Shown: positions 44,745 to 53,989 of the stretch, piece by piece
Layout of the letters: every line of letters starts with the position of its first letter
How positions within the stretch are numbered: the first letter of the stretch is position 1
Source: an uncultured Gemmataceae bacterium
Lineage (GTDB): Bacteria > Planctomycetota > Planctomycetia > Gemmatales > Gemmataceae
Reading direction: 5' to 3'
DNA length: 64,000 bases
Assembly (NCBI GenBank): GCA_963834865.1
Contig: CAWIDK010000003.1
Location: 1-64,000, forward strand
The notes under the pieces: generated by a model
Database searches by the model: none
The model's input: the letters and a program-made list of their open reading frames with translations, nothing else
Told to the model about the DNA's origin: nothing
Made by a program: the position numbers and the translations under genes

Positions 44745-45170
44745 ATGACGCCCGTCACGCGTGAAGTGCTCGCGAGCTACCTCGACGACGCCCTGAGCGA
44801 TCGGCAAATCGCCGACGTCGAGCAGCAGCTCCGCCAGTCGGAGACGCTCCGGCAGCAGCTCCGCCTGCTGCTGCAGGAGCGCGACCGCGGCGAGCACAGC
44901 GTCGGCGCCATCTGGCGCCGCCAACGCCTGAGCTGTCCCGGCCGCGAACAGCTCGGCAACTTCCTGCTCGGCGTGCTCGGCGAGGATGAGCAAGACTACA
45001 TCGAGTTTCATCTCAAGACGATCGGCTGCGCGTTCTGCCAGGCGAACTTCACCGATCTGCAGAACCAGCAAAAGGACGGTGCGCCGCAGGTGCAGCAGCG
45101 CCGCCGGCGCTATTTCCAATCCAGCGCCGGGCTGCTCAATCCGGCGACGGGCAAGAAGAAGGGGAAATAG
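44745..45170 (+). CDS. Putative anti-sigma factor with a zinc-finger motif (141 aa).
   Basis: Immediately downstream of the sigma gene (stop and start 4 nt apart). Cys cluster LSCPGREQ...HLKTIGCAFCQANF resembles ZAS/ChrR-type anti-sigma factors. Confidence 0.55.
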   Translation: MTPVTREVLASYLDDALSDRQIADVEQQLRQSETLRQQLRLLLQERDRGEHSVGAIWRRQRLSCPGREQLGNFLLGVLGEDEQDYIEFHLKTIGCAFCQANFTDLQNQQKDGAPQVQQRRRRYFQSSAGLLNPATGKKKGK

Positions 45171-45212
45171 CCTGGCCGACCCCGGACGGGTCGGAGAACC
45201 CGACCAACGCCC

Positions 45213-46295
45213 ATGCTAACCCCAATCTTCCGTATCGAGATACTGCTCGCCGGTCGGCGACAGCGGTCGTATTTCTTGCGTTGGATTTATGCCGCACTAC
45301 TGCTCACCCAGTTGCTGACCACACTGGTCGGCGCGAGCACCTCAAACAACTCTTCCAGCCGGGCCGCCGCTATCCCCGTTGGTGGAAGGCCGACACGTTG
45401 GCGCTGGACGCCAACCCGGTGTACTGGTACGAGCTGGAAATCCAGGGCATTGCGCCCCTGGTCTGGTTGCGGCGCTGCCCGCGTTTTCTCGGCGTGTTCG
45501 GAGCGGCGCTGCTAAGTGCCGGCGTACTCAGTGCTGGTGCTCGACGCGCTAGTACCCAACGTAACCCTCGCGGAATTCCTTCAGGGTCAAGGCCAGGCCG
45601 AGCTCGCCATGGCCCTGCGCAAGCGCCAGAAATACGAAGACGCACTCGTGCCGTGTGTCATCATGCATCACATGGCGATGCTGCTGCTGTTTACGCTGCT
45701 GGTGGCGGCCCGCGCGTCGGGCTGCATCACGGAGGAGCGCGAGCGCAGGTCATGGGAGGGACTGCTGCTGACGTCGCTCAGTACGCACGACATCATTCAC
45801 GGCAAGCAGCGCGGGGTCATCCGAGCGTGCGTCCCGTATTTGATCGCGCATGCCCTCCTCATGGTCGTCCTCACCTCATGGCTCGGCGGCCAGGTGATCT
45901 GCGCTAGCCTGATTGTCTGTGTCGGCACGTTTATCACCATCAACTGGGTTGTGGCAGTTGGCATCTGGTGCTCGGCATGTCTGCACAGCAGTTGGCGCAG
46001 CTTGCTGATAACCCTCGTGGCGTGCGGCATTGCATCGCAGATGATACTGTCGATCGTTGGATTGCTAAGCGCGCCCGTGCTTGTGGCTGTCGTCAGGTGG
46101 GCGAACGACTGGCCCCTGTTCAGGAATCCAGGGCCGGCGATGGTGTTGTTCGCGATTGCGGCGATCTTGCTGCTCGCCATCTACGGTACGACGACCTGGC
46201 TCGTGGCGAACGCATGTTTGTTCCGCGCCATCGATCGCATCAACCAGACGGAACGGGGCCGGCGGCAACGCACGAGCTACTACTACCTGACCTGA
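45213..46295 (+). CDS. ABC-2 family transporter permease (~360 aa, 6 TM segments). Two frameshifts (near 45345 and 45515).
   Basis: Three ORF-track pieces (45213.., 45281.., 45516..) with continuous membrane topology. Conserved ABC-2 motif ITEERERRSWEGLLLTSLS. No cognate ATPase gene is adjacent. Confidence 0.6.
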
Positions 46296-46378
46296 CTCGC
46301 GGCATGGACTCGTTGACTTTCCGTCAACGCACGCTAGAATCAAACGCAGGCGGCTGAGGATGCTGTCGGGGGCAAGCC

Positions 46379-46753
46379 ATGGATGAACGGCGGGTTCAGT
46401 GTGAGTTCTTCGTTCCCATCGTGCGTGATGCCGACAAGATGCCTCACCAACCCATCGTGTGGAACCTGCTCGTCAACGAGATTCGCAGGTGCTTCCCGGC
46501 GGGGCACAGCGGGCCCGAAACATTCTACCGCGGCGATGCCCTCGTGCCCGGCGAGTACGAAGCGAACACGCAGGCGCCGCCCATCAAGGACATCAGCCGC
46601 CGTTATCTCCTGGCGATCCCAGAGAGCAAGGTGAACGACCTACGCTTGCTTCTCCGGATGGCCGCGCATTCGTTCGATCAACAGGCGATCTATCTTTCCG
46701 TTGCCGGCCAGGTCGAGTTCGTGGCACCCACGGACGCGGACGGCTATCTCTAG
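46379..46753 (+). CDS. Hypothetical protein (124 aa).
   Basis: Clean ORF with an ATG start. No recognisable motif. Confidence 0.4.
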   Translation: MDERRVQCEFFVPIVRDADKMPHQPIVWNLLVNEIRRCFPAGHSGPETFYRGDALVPGEYEANTQAPPIKDISRRYLLAIPESKVNDLRLLLRMAAHSFDQQAIYLSVAGQVEFVAPTDADGYL

Positions 46754-46787
46754 CCGGACGCCAGGCCGACGAGCAGGAGACCCGAAG

Positions 46788-47297
46788 ATGGCGAAACAGA
46801 CCAGCCGCGTGTATAAGACCATCACCGGCCGTCACATACCTCTCTCGAAGCTCAGCAAGGTGGAGAAGAGCTTCCTGGCACGGGTGGGTCAGAAGTACCA
46901 AGCGCGCCAGGACTGGACGCGCTTTGCCGCGTGGTGGAATGCCGAATTCAACGGGACCGGCCTGACCACGGCGTCCCCGGTTTATCGCATCTGCCAGGAT
47001 CTGGAAGCGCGTCTGGGCATCGACCAGCAAAAAGTGTCGCCGCCGGATTATCGCGATTTCCTTGCCGACCTGATCGACACCCAGTTTGGCTCCCGTCAAG
47101 AGTTTTGCACGGCGACCGGGGTCGATCCCGGCCAGCTCAGCCGCGTCTTCGCGGGCCGCGCCGATCTGTCGATCAAGGCGCTGCAGAAGGTGCTCGAAGT
47201 GCTGCATGCCCAGCTGGTCATCCAGACGGCGGAGCAGGCGCGCGAGCAGACCAGCATTGCCAGCGCCGCTCAAGCCCTGGCGCTGGCGAGTCGCTGA
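46788..47297 (+). CDS. Hypothetical DNA-binding protein with a C-terminal XRE-type helix-turn-helix (170 aa).
   Basis: Shine-Dalgarno aggaga precedes the ATG at 46788. ..QEFCTATGVDPGQLSRVFAGRADLSIKALQKVLEVL is an HTH_XRE-like segment. Confidence 0.5.
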   Translation: MAKQTSRVYKTITGRHIPLSKLSKVEKSFLARVGQKYQARQDWTRFAAWWNAEFNGTGLTTASPVYRICQDLEARLGIDQQKVSPPDYRDFLADLIDTQFGSRQEFCTATGVDPGQLSRVFAGRADLSIKALQKVLEVLHAQLVIQTAEQAREQTSIASAAQALALASR

Positions 47298-47440
47298 TCC
47301 GCAGCTGCCCGCGGGATCGCAGATGCCGCGCGCGGCCAGGCGACGCCTGCCCGGAGGTCCGTCAGCGTCTATATTTCAACTTCGGATTTCGCCTTTGGAG
47401 CTTTTCTTGGATGCTCGAAACAACCCCTACCTTGCCTCTT

Positions 47441-48483
47441 TCACGATAGCGTGTTCAGCACCTTATCAATATCGCCAACCCGGTGAACAATCGCGTACTG
47501 CCATCGGCCGTAGTTCCCCTCGGCGTTCACCGCGTTCACCCAGCGGTGGGCGGCCGCCGTCTTGACCTCTTCCAACGGATCACCGTGGCCCTTCGTTTCC
47601 AGAATCAGGTGAAGCATCGGATCCGTCTTCAAGCGAACGACAAAGTCCGGAAAGTATTCGTGCATGTGGCCGTTGTGCAGGTACGGGATCGCGAAATAGA
47701 GTCCGGCATTCTTGACCCACGCGTCCACGAGCGCATGACGGTCAAGGTGATACATCGCCGACTGTTCCCAGCGCAGCGTGTCGGCAACGGCGTAGTTCAG
47801 ATGGCAATGAACGACGTCGCGAACGTCCTTGCTCGTCCAGAAATCAACGTCGGCCGTCGAGCCGGCGGCGCGATTCGCTTCATAGCGTGGAATCTCCGCG
47901 ACCTCGCCGGCCCCGGTGTCGGGACGAATCGCCTCGATAAGCCGCTCGATGACCCAGCCGTAATAGGGCGACAAGAACGCGTCGCGCTGGTCGGCAGGCG
48001 CCACCGGCTTCACCTTTTCGCGCACGTAGCGGTCCACGATGGCGACGATCTGCGGAAACAGCACGTGCGCCGGCACCTCGCAGGTCCGCTGAGCCACGTA
48101 GTCGCGCGTCAACGCGCCGGCCAAATCGAAAATCAACTCTTGCAGCCGGCGGCCTGAGCGGTACGGATTCAGCGTCACGTTTTCCAAACGGCCAGGCCCG
48201 GTCAACGAGGCGCGCCCGCGATTGTTCGGCAGCGACGCTTTCATCTCCACTTCCGGCGGAATCTGCATCGGATCAATCACGAGGGGCGCGACGGTGCGCC
48301 AATCCACGACAATGCGGTTGCGGATCGCCTGGGCGTAACCGTCCACGCGCGGGAAGGTGATTTCATACTGCACTTTGCCCGGCAGCGCGTGGACTCTTCG
48401 CCTTCGCGGATGTACCAGTGATGCGCCGGCTCCGCGAACGGTCCGTTGAGGATCGGCTCGGGGACTTCGAAGGAGTTGGACAT
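47441..48483 (-). CDS. Remnant of a Type III restriction enzyme Res-like subunit. Only the N-terminal ~30 aa and the C-terminal PD-(D/E)xK nuclease region (~320 aa) remain; the helicase core is absent. One frameshift near 48385.
   Basis: N-terminus MSNSFEVPEPILNGPFAEPAHHWYIREGE, as in res-annotated DEAD helicases. C-terminus ..YFPDFVVRLKTDPMLHLILETKGHGDPLEEVKTAAAHRWVNAVNAEGNYGRWQYAIVHRV matches the Res C-terminal nuclease signature. No ResIII/helicase motifs in any frame. The join is restored by tgccgggc to tgcccgggc. Confidence 0.55.
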
Positions 48484-48488
48484 GGGCG

Positions 48489-48897
48489 CTAATCCTCTGG
48501 AAGCCGGGTCGCGAAGTCGTCGAGGGAAATGATCTCCACATCCTGAACTTTGCCGAGCGCATGCATGGCCTTGTCGGCTGTAACCACACAATCCGCTTTC
48601 CCGGTCAGAGCCGTTTGGATATTCGGGTTGTCGCCCGGATCCGCGGTGACGTACGACTGGATGGCCGGGGGTAGCTCCACGACTACGGCCAACCGACGAA
48701 TCATCCGCAGGCAACGGCGGACGAAAGAACGTGGCAGGTCTTGGCGGTCGCCGAGTACACGTTCCACTTCGTCGCGAATGTACGCCGACGTGAACAGACG
48801 AGCGCGACTCCGCAACGCACGGTCGATGACGCGCCCGCGGCCCATCCGCGTGTGTCGAGTACGAGACCCACATCATCGTGTCAGGGACGACCTTCAT
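48489..48897 (-). CDS. PIN-domain toxin (VapC-like, COG1569-type, ~135 aa). Internal indel near 48830.
   Basis: MKVVPDTMMWVSYSTHADGP.. (N-terminal Asp box) in one frame. ..RVIDRALRSRARLFTSAYIRDEVERVLG..CVVTADKAMHALGKVQDVEIISLDDFATRL in the adjacent frame. Confidence 0.55.
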
Positions 48898-49087
48898 AGC
48901 GCAGTTTCCTGACGGCCTCGTCAATGTCATCGTCGCGAAGGCCGGCATCATGAAAGGCGCGCGTCGCCTCCGCCCGCTGCTTGTCCCATGTCTGCTGGTC
49001 GAGATCTTCGAGCAATCGGAACAACTCGTCGCGCTCCGCGTCCGTCATTCGTCGCACGATCGTCATGACTTCTTCGACGGCGGGCAT
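48881..49087 (-). CDS. Small antitoxin-like protein (68 aa) upstream of, and overlapping, the PIN gene.
   Basis: MPAVEEVMTIVRRMTDAERDELFRLLEDLDQQTWDKQRAEATRAFHDAGLRDDDIDEAVRKLRYEGRP. Size, acidic helical character and a 17-nt overlap with the PIN start fit a toxin-antitoxin arrangement. Confidence 0.4.
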   Translation of the reverse strand: MPAVEEVMTIVRRMTDAERDELFRLLEDLDQQTWDKQRAEATRAFHDAGLRDDDIDEAVRKLRYEGRP

Positions 49088-49159
49088 GTTGGTCCTCCGT
49101 TAAATGTTTCCGTCGGCTTGTCGCCACCGCCATTCTACCAGGCGCCGGTTGCCGGCCGC

Positions 49160-51970
49160 CTACCGGGCTTCGGATAACTTCCGAACCACAACCAGCTCAT
49201 TCCCGCGGTCGTCAATCACCTTCACCGCGATCTGCTTCTGATCGCCTGCTTCAAAGGGGGCACTCACCGTGCCGGCCAGATGGTCCCAGACACTTTCGGA
49301 GTAATCGCCCTTGAGTGCCTTCTTGAGGTTGTCCCAGGCGCTCGTGCGCGGGAAGAACGCCTGGCAAACATGGAAGCAAAGGTCATTGTAGTCCGTATCG
49401 AGAAACCACGCCGGCACGTCGTCGCCGCGGCGATGGTGCGTTTCCATCGACGTTGGGTCGAATACGTCCAGGCCCAGTAGCTCGACTTCGTACTGCGTCT
49501 CGTCGCCTTTGCCGTTCTTCTTGCGCTGCGCACTTCGACCTCCGGCAAGCCGCACACGCTGAAAATCTGGCTCGACCGCATGTTCTCGAGCAGGTCCCCC
49601 ATGAGCAAGTCCGGCGTCGCCTGCACGTAGGTCGCGGGAATGTCCATCACCGCTTCGGACTGCTCCACCAGCTGCCGGGCGTGCGGCTGAATGGCGAAGC
49701 CGATCACGTAAAGATGCGCGAAGCTCTTCGCCTTCGCCTCGAACGCGGCTTGCTTGACGAGCTTTTCGCTGACTGCCGCGTTCTCCGGGCCGAACACGAA
49801 CGCCACCGGCCGGTCGGCGCCGTTCTTCACCAGCGCCTCGGCCGAAAGCGAAAGCGATTTCGTAGGCGGGCGGATGTTGTGGAGCGTGACGGTGCGGTTG
49901 CCGTCGAGGCGCAGCACCGGGCTGCGGCGGAGCACCTCCAGCATGCGATTGGCGTCGTGCTGCGGCTGCGAGACTTCCGAAGTCTTGGAGACTTCGGAAG
50001 TCTGTCCCACGTTCAAGTCGCCCACCGTCGGGATCGTCGCTTCGAAGGTGAACGGCCCGGTCACGCGCGTGATCTTCTCATTCTTCTCCGGCCGATCGAC
50101 CAGGACTACCTCGGCGGGCGGCTCGTTGTTGGCGATGCTCTTGAGCGTGACGTGCGGCACGATCCCGCCGACTTCCTCGCCCTTCCTGTTCTGCTTGCGT
50201 TGGTAGACGAACCCGCCGGCCGGCCCGCGCTCCTCGTCTTTCAGGTCATACCAGGAGAACGTGGCGGTGAGCAGCCGCTGCCGGGCAAGCGCGAGCGGCA
50301 CGCGGCTGACATCCGCCGTGATCCAGCGCCGCCCCCACTGCTCCGCGACATACGCCGTCGTCCCGCTGCCGCACGTCGGGTCCAGCACCAGATCGCCGGG
50401 GTCCGTGGTCATGAGGAGGCAGCGCTTGATTGCTTCGACGTTCGTTTGGACGGCATAAATGGTATCGGTTGCAGTCCCCAAGTCTGGCCAGAGGTTATTC
50501 AGGGGAGAAACCGGGTAATCCGAATGAAAGAGCACATATCTCAAGGTGTTTCCATCGGCGTATGGTTCTAGCCTGTTGGCGGCGACAAGACCCTTCATGC
50601 CACTGGGGCTGGTTTTCCAACTCTTACCGGAAGGCGGCCGATAGGTTTTCCCCTGAAATTCGACATCAAACAGACCTGTCGCGTTAATGCCGGCCGGATA
50701 GAGGATGTGAAGCTGATACACCTTTGAACCATGCGGGAGTAAGCGGTGGTCGTTGATTTCTTCCTTCGTCAACTTCCTTCGCTTCCCATCGGGTAATTCT
50801 ACACGATCCCAATGAGAGTCGCCCTCTACGGACTTGAATTGGAATATCTTGCGGTACTTGACGTGATTGCGGTCTTTGGCAAACCAGAGAAGATAATCCA
50901 CCGTGCCTTCCAAGAATTGAGCACCCAATGGCATGCCTTTCTTTCTGAAAGTAATCATGCCCATGAAATTCTCTTCGTGGAATACTTCCTCTACTACTTG
51001 TCTGACGTAGTGTACATTCTGGTCACCAATCTGCACAAACACGCTGCCACTCGAATGCAACAGATCTCGACACAGCAACAAGCGGTCGCGCATGCAGGTG
51101 AGATAGGAATGCAGGCCGAACTCCCAGGTGTCGCGGTAGGCTTGCACCATTTCCGGCTCGCGAGTCAGGTCGTCGTCGTCGTTGTGCTTCACGTCGCGGC
51201 GGCGGACGAACGGCTGGAAGTTCGAGCCGTACTTGATGCCGTAGGGCGGGTCCATGTAGATCATCTGCACCTGGCCGCCGAGGCCTTCGAAGTGCAAGAG
51301 CGAGTTCATCACGACCAGCGAATCGCCGAGGATCATGCGGTTGGTCCACTGATCGCGGTATTCGTAGGCCTTGAGCACCTGATCGGCGATGGACCGCTGC
51401 GGATCGGCGAACAGGTCGAAGAGCGAGCCTTGCACGACGCCGCCCTTGCGATGCCCGCGCAGCGTCTGGATGATCGCCTCGGTCGAGAGCCGTTCGTGAA
51501 CGAACAGGGGCAACGTCGGTACGTCGAAGGAAAGCCGCTCGGCCTTGCCGGCCCAGTTGAGAAAGGGCTTGCCGAGGGCTTTGAGCTTGCGCACGGCCTC
51601 GTTCAGCTGGTCGGCGAGCGCAGCGCAGTCGGCGGTAGGTGCCGCGAGCCGAGCGGCACCCGAAGCCTCCGGTCCGGCTCGGCTCGCCGGACCTACCGCG
51701 GCCTTGAGCTTTTCGGACAGGGCGAGGATTTCCGCGATGAGCGCCTCCCCCTGTTCGCGCGGAGTTCTGCCCGTCCCATTCGAGCGCCGGCGACAGGGAC
51801 GAATCGTAGCGGTAGCGCTGGCTCGGCTTTTGCTTCTTGAATTGCGCCTGCGTCCCTGCATCGGGCCGAAGCGCAACGGTTGCGTCCGGGTGCTCATAGA
51901 TTTCGGTGGCAGGCGGAGGTTTCGGTTGCGCACGCGACAACGTCGATTTTTTCGGGCGGTTTTTGGCCAT
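49160..51970 (-). CDS. N6-adenine DNA methyltransferase, Type III Mod-like (beta class, motif IV DPPY before motif I DPTCGSGTT), ~936 aa. Two frameshifts (near 51750 and 49560).
   Basis: N-terminus MAKNRPKKS..RYRYDSSLSPALEWDGQ (frame 51023..51970). Core in frame 49264..51933 (..MIYMDPPYGIKYGSNF.., ..LVLDPTCGSGTTAYVAEQWGRRWITADVSR..). C-terminus in frame 49160..49555. Contains the in-frame palindromic insert (TSEVSKTSEVS). Confidence 0.8.
49970..50003. repeat. Palindromic family A, copy 3: tandem doublet GAGACTTCCGAAGTCT-tg-GAGACTTCGGAAGTCT inside the methyltransferase CDS, translated in frame as TSEVSKTSEVS.
   Basis: Same 15-16-bp near-palindromic unit as the intergenic hairpins at 8049..8081 and 55327..55359. 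Confidence 0.6.
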
Positions 51971-52422
51971 GGCTGCGCCAGGAATTATGGCGCGTGTTCA
52001 CGAGTGCGAACCGGGGATAGGGTAACGCATGAGCGGACGTAAAACCAGCAAAATCGAGAAGGGAAAGCCCGGCGTTCGGTCGGGGACTCGGCCGCGGATT
52101 CAGCAGCACGGTCTCCATGTGAGAGGTCGGGTTCCCACGATACCGAAATTACAGCCGACGCCCGCTTCCTCGTCGCTTGGTAACCGACCACTCGCGCGGT
52201 GGGCTACTTTCTGCTGCCTCTGCCAGTGCTCCCGATGGTGAAACGCGGACGCATTCGCCACCGAATTCACGTGTTGCGGCGAAACTGGTTCCCCGCGTTG
52301 CAGTTGGAGGGGTGTCTCGTGCAAACGTGAAAACGTGAGATGGGGCCGCGGTAGCTGTTGCGTGGCCAGCTGCCCGGCAGCGACGACGGCGGCACAAAAC
52401 GCCGCAGCCAGCTGCCGCGCGC

Positions 52423-53796
52423 CTAACGCCCCACCGGTTCGAGTTCCTGTTCCGCGGGCTGGCGCTGCTTCCGCTGCGGCCAGAAGTAGAACGGCAGTCC
52501 CACCAGCAGAACACCCAGGCCGAGCACCGACTCCCGAGGCTTGTATTGAACCGCGCCAAGAACCATGAACGCGCAGCAGCCGCAAAAGATCGCGGGCAGG
52601 ATTGGGTAGAATGGCACACGGAAATGGCGCGGCAGCTCCGGATCCTTGTGGCGCAGGACGAACAGGGCGATGCCGGTCAACAAGAAAAAGATCCAGAACA
52701 CGGCGGCCGTGTAGTCGATCAGCATACCGAAGGTATCGCGATTGCCGCCCCAGATCCACACGCCGAGCAACAGGATGACATTGGTGACGCCCTGAACAAC
52801 CAGTGCGCGCACCGGCGTGCCCATGCGCCGGCTCCAGTGGCTCAACTTGGAAAACAGCCGATGATCCTTGCCGAACTCGGAGTAGATGCGCGCGGTCGTG
52901 AAGATCATACCGTTCATTCCGCCCAGTGCGGACACAATGATCAACAGGGACATGGCCCTGGCGCCGAACCGCGGCGAGGCGAGACTCACCACCTCGGCCG
53001 CGAGGGTCGCGGACCGCGCGCCGTCGAGCCCGAGGCCGGCTATATAGGCGAGGTTGACCAGCAGATAAATCACAATGACCGTGACGGTTCCCAGCACGAG
53101 GGCCAGCGGAATGTTGCGCCGATTATTCTTCACCTCCGCCACGATGTAGGCCGCCTCGTGCCACCCGGCATAGGTCCATAGCACGAGAATCATGGCGCCG
53201 ACGAACCAGCCCAGACCGCCGGCACCGGCGTGCGGCGTGCTGAACTCGTCGCTGCCCCAGCCGAAGCCGACGACCACGAGGGCGATCAAGCCAAGCACCT
53301 TGAGCAGCGTCAGGATGTTCTGGGTAGTCGATCCCAGCACCACGCCCAGGATGTTGATCGCGGTCAACACGACAACCGACGACAGCGACAGCACCAGCAC
53401 GATGTTGGCCCCAGCCTCCTGAAGCAGGCCGCTCGCGTAGAGGGCGAAAATGTACGCGAGCGCTGCAATGCTGCCGGAGCGAATGACCGTGAGCTGCGCC
53501 CATGCGAACAGGTAGCCGACCAGCGGTCCGTAGGCACGGGTGAGATAGACGTATTCACCGCCGGAGCGCGGATAGGTCGTGGCGAGCTCGGCAAAGCAAA
53601 ATGCGCCGATGAGAGCGAGCAGACCGCCGATCACCCAGACGCCCAGTGCCGCCCACGGCCCAGGAGCTTCCTTGAAGATGTCAGCCGGCGTCTCGAAAAT
53701 CCCCACGCCGATGATGATGCCGACGATGATGCTGACGGCATCCCACAGGCCGAGCTTCGCCTCGACGCCCGGATTGCTGCTGCGCGTCGGCTCCAT
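52423..53796 (-). CDS. APC-family amino acid/polyamine permease (457 aa, 12 TM segments).
   Basis: Intact ORF. Typical APC N-terminus ..LGLWDAVSIIVGIIIGVGIFETPADIF.. and TM pattern. Confidence 0.85.
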   Translation of the reverse strand: MEPTRSSNPGVEAKLGLWDAVSIIVGIIIGVGIFETPADIFKEAPGPWAALGVWVIGGLLALIGAFCFAELATTYPRSGGEYVYLTRAYGPLVGYLFAWAQLTVIRSGSIAALAYIFALYASGLLQEAGANIVLVLSLSSVVVLTAINILGVVLGSTTQNILTLLKVLGLIALVVVGFGWGSDEFSTPHAGAGGLGWFVGAMILVLWTYAGWHEAAYIVAEVKNNRRNIPLALVLGTVTVIVIYLLVNLAYIAGLGLDGARSATLAAEVVSLASPRFGARAMSLLIIVSALGGMNGMIFTTARIYSEFGKDHRLFSKLSHWSRRMGTPVRALVVQGVTNVILLLGVWIWGGNRDTFGMLIDYTAAVFWIFFLLTGIALFVLRHKDPELPRHFRVPFYPILPAIFCGCCAFMVLGAVQYKPRESVLGLGVLLVGLPFYFWPQRKQRQPAEQELEPVGR

Positions 53797-53808
53797 GATG
53801 CCCTCACT

Positions 53809-53928
53809 CCGGAAAAATCCGAAATCCGAAGCTCGAAATCCGAAGCAATTCCGCCAGGGGTCAATACACTGCTTCCCGTGATCGCGAACTGATTTTCGGA
53901 TTTCGAGCTTCGGATTTCGAGTTTCCGG
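53809..53928. repeat. Large imperfect inverted repeat (~35-bp arms built from AAATCCGAAG(CTCG) sub-repeats, ~47-nt loop) in the divergent intergenic region between the two permease genes.
   Basis: CCGGAAAAATCCGAAATCCGAAGCTCGAAATCCGAAG ... CTTCGGATTTCGAGCTTCGGATTTCGAGTTTCCGG, read directly. Confidence 0.6.
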
Positions 53929-53989
53929 GCCGCGCCCGGGAGAGGTTCCGCCTCGGCCCGCGCGGCCGTGCGCGGCGGAGGTCGGTGCG

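Noticed and set aside
50812-51840. 342-aa plus-strand ORF antisense to the methyltransferase. Similar long antisense ORFs occur at 4531..5412, 6483..7100, 9150..10217, 9511..13251, 19348..20838, 22588..23514, 25264..26229, 27162..28292, 29737..30759 and 55601..56569.
   Set aside because: Each lies opposite a gene with strong motif evidence. The translations are Arg/Ala/Gly/Pro-rich low-complexity sequence expected from the complementary strand of GC3-rich coding DNA.
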